DNA of 50,828 nt, taken from NCBI GenBank assembly GCA_030591625.1, contig JAUVAR010000001.1, forward strand, positions 1 to 50,828, written 5' to 3'. The notes under the pieces were generated by a model. It had not been told where the DNA came from and made no database searches. It saw only the letters and a list, made by a program, of their open reading frames with translations. Source of the stretch: Candidatus Zixiibacteriota bacterium (GTDB lineage Bacteria > Zixibacteria > MSB-5A5 > GN15 > FEB-12). The position numbers were made by a program, and so were the translations under genes. Shown here one piece after another: positions 48,401-50,828 of the stretch; the first letter of the stretch is position 1, and each line of letters starts with the position of its first letter.

Positions 48401-50828
48401 TCGGCATCTGTTCCACTTATAACCAAATTAAGATTGTCACCCTCGGTTACGAACTGATTGCCAACCGCCGCAAGAATCGGCAACTGGTTGACATTGTTGA
48501 CAGTTATTGTTACAAGTTCGGAAGCGATAAGATCACCATCGGTGACAAAGAATGTTATGTCAAAGCTGCCAAACTGATAATAGGTCGGACTAAACGAAAG
48601 ATCACCGGTGCCATCACCATTGTCAATAAATGTAGCATTTGATGGAAGAGCACTGGTCGTCAATGTTAGTGTTTCGAGATCCGGATCTGTGCTATTTACT
48701 GTAAACCCTAAGATGCTATTTTCATCAACCAGCTGCGAACCGATACTGCTTAGAATCGGTGAACGATTGATATTGGTAACCGTTATCGTAACAATTTCAG
48801 AATGAACTGCAGCTGTGTCATCGGTCGCACTAAATGTAATGTTATAAATTCCAGACTGGAAATAATCCGGATTGAAATTAAATGTACCGGTTCCATCAAG
48901 ATTATCGATGAACGAAGCACCCGACGGAAGAGCCGATGTTGTCAGGGTTGGTATAGTGCTATCAGCGTCAGTAGCTGAAATAGTGAAATTCAAATTACTG
49001 TTTTCATCAACCAACTGACTTCCAATAGCTGCTAATACAGGCGTCTGATTGCCGGCATCATTGACAGTTACTGTCACAACTTCTGAAGAGAACGCTGAAC
49101 TATCGTCAGTTGCCGTAAATGTAATATCATAAGAACCGGACTGAATGTAGTTTGGATTGAAATCAAATGTACCGGTGCCATCACCGTTATCTATAAAGGT
49201 TGCATTCGCCGGAAGAGCTGAAGTTGTCAGAACAATTGGTCCAAACTCAGCATCAGTAGCCGAGACAACAACGTTAAGATTGTTTCCTTCAATTACATTC
49301 TGAGAACCGATTGATGCAATCAGAGGTAATTGGTTGCCGGCGTCATTGACGGTGATAAACACAACCTCAGTATCTGACGTAATACCATCATGAGCACGGA
49401 AAACAACCGAACTTATTCCCGACTGCAGGAAGTCAGGGTTGAAATCGAAAGTCGCGGTGCCATCACCATTGTCAACAAATGTCGCATTGGCGGGGAGAGC
49501 TGAACTTGTAAAAGTCGGGATCGTGGCATCATCGTCAGAGGCAGTAAGCAAGATATTAAGATTGCCACCTTCTGTAATAGTCTGTGGGCCAACTGCTGTA
49601 AGAACAGGTGCCTGGTTACCAGCTTCATTGACTGTTATACTGATTTGTTCAAAGTCAGTAAGTGAACCATCAGATGCAGTGAAAGTAATATCATAAATTC
49701 CAGCCTGTGTAAAATCAGGATTGAACGAGAAGTTTCCTGTGCCGTTACCATTGTCAACAAATGAAGCACCCGTTGGAAGCAACGAATTTGTCAATGCAGG
49801 GAAAGTGCCATCGGGGTCTGTTGATGAAATTCCAAAAGCTAATAGAATACCCTCTGTGACTGAACGATTTCCAATCGTTGCCAATACTGGAGATTGGTTA
49901 CCTGCTTCACCAACAGAAATCGCTACTATTTCTGAATCTACTGCAAGTGAGTCATCGGTTGCATAGAAAATAACCTGATAAACACCGGCTTGAGTGAAAT
50001 CCGGATTCCAATCAAATGTAGCAGTTGCATCACCATTATCTGTGAAGTTTGCACCGGATGGCAGAGTTGAAGTTGAAAGTACAATACTTCCTAATTCAGG
50101 GTCTGTTGCTGACATACCAAAGTTTATATTGATCCCTTCGGTAACAGCTTTTGGACCGATCGACGAAAGAATCGGATTCTGATTTCCAGGATCAGTAACA
50201 GTTATTGTCACTGTCTCAGAATCAACTGTTGCTGAATCATCAGTTGCATAAAATGTTACATTATATATACCTGATTGAAGGTAGTCAGGATTGAAACCAA
50301 ACGTTCCGGTGCCATTCAAATTATCCGTGAACGTTGCATTAGCCGGTAAACCTGATGTTGTCAGAACAGGAATTGTTCCGTCGGCATCCGAAGCTGTGAT
50401 TCCAAAATTAAGACTCGCACCTTCGTTAATTGACTGAGCGCCAATCACTGCAAGGACAGGATCGAGATTGACCTGATTGACAGTTATTGTCACTGTCTCA
50501 GAATCAACCGCTAAACTATCATCAGTCGAATAGAATGTTACGTCGTAACTACCAGCCTGCGTGAAGTCAGGGGTGAAGTCAAAAGTTCCAGTTCCATCAA
50601 GATTATCTATGAACGTTGCATTAGTCGGCAGAGCCGAAGTTGTCAGAACAGGAATCGTTCCGTCGGCATCACTCGCTGAAATACCAAAGTTTAGATTTGC
50701 GCCTTCGTTAATATTCTGTGCACCGATTGCTGCAAGAACTGGATCCAAATTGATCTGGTTGACAGTTATTGTCACTATCTCTGAATCAGCTGCGGCTGAA
50801 TCATCAGTCGAATAGAATGTAACATCGT
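39442..50828 (-). CDS. Giant surface repeat protein, 5'-truncated by the window edge (more than 3,794 codons): 36 cadherin/He_PIG-like repeats, PKD-like, FN3-like, and a duplicated novel C-terminal module
   Basis: The frame is open from base 50826 to the TAG at 39442-39444. The tracked 'M' at 50775 is an internal GTG: the preceding codons read DVTFYSTDDSAAADSEI and continue the repeat. See the repeat features and findings for details. Confidence 0.9.
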   Translation of the reverse strand, partial: DVTFYSTDDSAAADSEIVTITVNQINLDPVLAAIGAQNINEGANLNFGISASDADGTIPVLTTSALPTNATFIDNLDGTGTFDFTPDFTQAGSYDVTFYSTDDSLAVDSETVTITVNQVNLDPVLAVIGAQSINEGASLNFGITASDADGTIPVLTTSGLPANATFTDNLNGTGTFGFNPDYLQSGIYNVTFYATDDSATVDSETVTITVTDPGNQNPILSSIGPKAVTEGININFGMSATDPELGSIVLSTSTLPSGANFTDNGDATATFDWNPDFTQAGVYQVIFYATDDSLAVDSEIVAISVGEAGNQSPVLATIGNRSVTEGILLAFGISSTDPDGTFPALTNSLLPTGASFVDNGNGTGNFSFNPDFTQAGIYDITFTASDGSLTDFEQISITVNEAGNQAPVLTAVGPQTITEGGNLNILLTASDDDATIPTFTSSALPANATFVDNGDGTATFDFNPDFLQSGISSVVFRAHDGITSDTEVVFITVNDAGNQLPLIASIGSQNVIEGNNLNVVVSATDAEFGPIVLTTSALPANATFIDNGDGTGTFDFNPNYIQSGSYDITFTATDDSSAFSSEVVTVTVNDAGNQTPVLAAIGSQLVDENSNLNFTISATDADSTIPTLTTSALPSGASFIDNLDGTGTFNFNPDYFQSGIYNITFSATDDTAAVHSEIVTITVTNINRSPILSSIGSQLVDENSILGFTVNSTDPDLETLTLTTSALPSNATFIDNGDGTGDLSFSPTYYQFGSFDITFFVTDGDLIASELVTITVNNVNQLPILAAVGNQFVTEGDNLNLVISGTDADSTALTLTTSTLPANATFLDNGDGTGTLDFNPNFIQADIYSLSFYISDGVAIDSELVFLTVSEAGNQAPVLTPVGPQFVSEGTLLSFTVNGSDPDSTIPTLSALALPSGATFVDNFDGTGSFNWTPSFTDVGTYNVTFITGDGALADSELVAITVNEAGNQAPVLATIGAQSTTENINLSFVITSSDVDGTIASLLTANLPTGATFTDNLDGTGSFSWTPTFIEAGVYNVTFIADDGALADSELVVITVNEAGNQAPLLTSIGAQATTENVNLNFVITAADVDATTPTLSIVDLPSGASFTDNLDGTGSFNWTPSFIQSGVYIVTFIAGDGALADSEVVVITVNEAGNQAPVLATIGAQSTTENVNLNFAISASDIDATTPILSALNMPSGASFTDNGDGTGLFSWTPSFIEAGVYNVTFIADDGGLADSELVVITVNEAGNQIPVLTAIGAQSTTENINLSFSISASDVDATIPILLTVGLPVGASFTDNLDGTGSFSWTPSFVEAGVYNVTFIADDGLLADSELVVITVNEAGNQAPVLAAIGAQSTTENINLSFGIFATDIDATIPVLSTVNLPTGATFTDNGDGTGLFSWTPSFIEAGVYNVTFIADDGLLADSEVVVITVNEAGNQIPVLATIGAQATTENINLNFAISATDIDATIPALSTVGLPVGATFTDNLDGTGSFSWTPTFVEAGVYNVTFIADDGGLADSELVVITVNEAGNQTPVLAAIGAQSTTENINLSFPISASDVDATIPVLSTVNLPTGASFTDNLDGTGSFSWTPSFVEDGIYNVTFIADDGLLSDSELVVITVNEAGNQAPVLAAIGAQSTTETVNLNFTITASDVDGTTPAFSATGLPSGATFTDNGDGTATFDYTPGFVDAGIYNVTFTADDGTLSDNEVVTITVNEIGNQSPVLASIGAQVVTEGANLNFAVSSSDIEGGLIVLTTSALPAGATFVDNGDGTGTFDFSPDFTQSGIYNITFTATDDSTAFVSEIVTVTVNDAGNQNPVLATIGAQLVNEGSNLNIGISAVDAEGGQVVLTTSSLPANASFIDNGNGTGIFDISPDFTQNGVYNITFYATDDSLAVDSEEVTLTVNESGNQNPVLAAIGAQSTTENINLNFVISASDLDATIPVLSSVNLPTGATFTDNGDGTGSFSWTPSFVEAGIYNVTFIADDGLLADSEIVVVTVNEAGNQIPVLAAIGAQTTTENINLSFSISATDIDATIPGLSTVGLPTGATFTDNGDGTGLFSWTPSFVEAGVYNVTFIADDGGLADSELVVITVNEAGSQIPVLASIGAQATTENLNLNFSISASDVDATIPALLVVGLPVGATFTDNLDGTGSFSWTPTFIEAGIYNVTFIADDGALADSELVVITVNEAGNQIPLLASIGAQTTTENINLSFAISASDDDATIPALSTLNLPTGATFTDNGDGTGSFSWTPTFIEAGIYNVTFIADDGGLADSELVVITVNEAGNQIPLLASIGAQSTTETVNLNFVISASDVDATIPALSALNIPTGATLTDNGDGTATFDYTPGYVDAGIYNVTFIADDGVLSDSEIVTITVIDIGNQTPVLAAIGAKNISENTNLNFVASSSDLDQTFSIMTATGLPTGATLTDNGDGTATFDWTPDFTQSGLYSVTFFATDDSGAFDSEAISIVVGEAGNQSPILAAIGAQSTGEATTLNFVVSATDPDSTVPVLSWTALPSGATFTANGDGTGSFNWTPGYLQSGIYNVTFRASDGIFVDSEIVTITIVDAGNQNPLLAGIGAQAVTEGANLNFAVSATDAEVGLITMSTSTLPTNASFVDNSDGTATFDFNPSYVQAGIYNITFYATDDSSAVDSEQVVVTVNEAGNQTPLLATIGAQATTENINLNFAISATDVDATIPVLSALNIPAGATFIDNSDGTGSFDWTPSFIEVGVYNVTFIADDGGLADTEIVAITVIEAGNQIPVLATIGAQATTENINLNFGISASDVDATIPALSALNIPTGATFTDNGDGSGSFDWTPTYIQAGVFNVTFIADDGVLADSEIVVITVNEAGNQIPVLASIGAQSTTENVNLSFAISATDIDATIPTMIALNVPTGATFTDNLDGTGTFDWTPLFTDGGIYNVTFIADDGALADSELVVITVNEAGNQAPVLATIGAQSTTENVNLNFAISASDVDATIPALSALNVPAGATFIDNSDGTGSFDWTPSFIEVGVYNVTFIADDGGLADTELVVITVIEAGNQIPVLATIGAQSTTENINLNFAISATDVDATIPALSATGLPTGATFTDNLNGTGSFDWTPTYIQAGVYNLTFIADDGALADTELVVITVNEAGNQIPVLASIGAQSTTENINLNFAISATDIDATIPTMIALNVPTGATFTDNGDGTGSFNWTPTFIEAGIYNVTFIADDGALADSEVVVITVNEAGNQIPVLASIGAQATAENINLNFTISATDVDATIPALSALNMPTGATFTDNLDGTGSFDWTPLFTDGGIYNVTFIADDGGLSDTEIVTITVNEAGNQIPILAAIGSQVTNETLNLYFTISATDIDATIPTLLVVDLPVGATFIDNFDGTGSFDWTPSYTDAGIYNVTFIADDGALADSEVVVITVNDVNRSPLADAGFDQNTVPTNSPVFLDGFGSSDPDGDLLGYHWQQVSGVAVTLSDTLSQTPDFVPGIPGNYEFELTVDDGSLFSAPDTVLINVVNGAPPLAVTDLTIQIVADVIDLAWSTVSSDTSGFAITVDHYTIYRGTSAYFTPSSIDSVGYSDGITSIFTDNNIGGADVVGDTVNQYFYTVDVVDIYGNRSAISNRVGEYDYQLVATATTNFNLVGIPFTNSGITDAIGLINAIGGSNVLTVNNFIAASQSFESRFAAGFGVNFSVNVGTVYQVNAATNAVFSTAGNIPDSGTVSYSMVTTATTDFNFIMVPFEFENDFTVAQDLINSIPGNLNTLNQFISGSQSYISRFAAGFGTNFTVRAGKPYQANVAAAGTFPAP
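39445..39984 (-). repeat. Tandem duplication of an ~85-90-aa C-terminal module of unknown family
   Basis: YQLVATATTNFNLVGIPF..LINAIGG..LTVNNFIAASQSFESRFAAGFGVNFSVNVGTVYQVNA.. aligns with YSMVTTATTDFNFIMVPF..LINSIPG..NTLNQFISGSQSYISRFAAGFGTNFTVRAGKPYQANV... Confidence 0.75.
40576..50828 (-). repeat. Array of 36 tandem coding repeats plus one partial, period ~282 bp (94 aa)
   Basis: Consensus ..NQ.PVLA.IGAQ.TTENINLNF.ISA.DVDATIPALS..NLPTGATFTDN.DGTGSF.WTP.F.EAG.YNVTFIADDG.LADSE.VVITVNEAG. Counted unit by unit in the translation. The array ends at ..VNDVNRS|PLADAG (40575/40576). Confidence 0.9.

Noticed and set aside
40576-50815. Dozens of plus-strand ORFs of 60-160 aa (for example MPSPLSVNVAP..., 44051-44533) recur every ~282 bp.
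   Set aside because: They are antisense shadows of the giant minus-strand repeat ORF. They share its periodicity and start and stop at equivalent positions in each repeat. They have no independent RBS, and they sit opposite a single 11.4-kb open frame with clear domain homology.
40576-50828. Strict ~282-bp periodicity might suggest a CRISPR array, a satellite or another non-coding repeat array.
   Set aside because: The units are contiguous, with no spacer/repeat alternation. They are 282 bp long and lie entirely inside one open reading frame that encodes Ig-like domains. No cas genes are present.
34719-50828. Repeat-to-repeat variation could be diversity-generating retroelement (DGR) targeting.
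   Set aside because: There is no reverse transcriptase in the window and no template/variable repeat pair with adenine-specific mismatches. The differences are spread over all codon positions and nucleotides.
1-50828. I looked for mobile elements, prophage, integrases, toxin-antitoxin or defence islands, and tRNA or rRNA genes.
   Set aside because: No transposase, integrase, phage or Cas-like ORFs were found. There were no inverted terminal repeats flanking any segment, and no tRNA-like cloverleaf candidates in the intergenic spacers I inspected.

Overview
This is a 50.8 kb window with moderate-to-low GC, the standard genetic code and GGAGG-type Shine-Dalgarno sites. Two secreted proteins carry T9SS type-A C-terminal sorting domains ('..QNYPNPFNPTT..GIYFYR..KMVLLK'). 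That points to an uncultivated, non-Bacteroidetes member of the FCB superphylum, though the lineage cannot be fixed by eye.

Positions 1-34 kb are mostly ordinary envelope, signalling and metabolic genes:
- an LpoB-like lipoprotein
- a translationally coupled FHA-GAF-PP2C phosphatase and Hanks kinase pair
- an alanine/glycine:cation symporter followed by two tandem divergent KamA-family radical-SAM aminomutase paralogs
- a serC / short serA / DUF1015 operon
- a class-V PLP enzyme and a GT4 glycosyltransferase
- a tetraheme cytochrome c
- a tight minus-strand operon of nagZ (interrupted by an in-frame TAA), anmK, SpoIID/LytB, OmpA-TSP3 and a 2H phosphoesterase
- a membrane GAF-GGDEF cyclase
- a T9SS-sorted peptidase-MA-like protein
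- DUF3592 and a bactofilin-like membrane protein
- gamma-glutamyltransferase and a GH35-like beta-galactosidase

The stand-out region is 33.4-50.8 kb. A giant ORF runs off the window edge (more than 3,794 codons). It contains 36 tandem ~94-aa cadherin/He_PIG-like repeats, then a PKD-like domain, an FN3-like domain and a duplicated uncharacterised C-terminal module. Seven nucleotides downstream is a 1,571-aa paralogous repeat protein that ends in a dockerin-like module. After a strong terminator comes a small T9SS-sorted protein of unknown function. I propose this as a candidate multi-component giant surface-fibre or adhesin system. The proposed assembly logic (dockerin to unknown receptor to T9SS anchor) is inference only.

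No rRNA or tRNA genes, CRISPR arrays, transposases, integrases or recognisable defence genes were seen.
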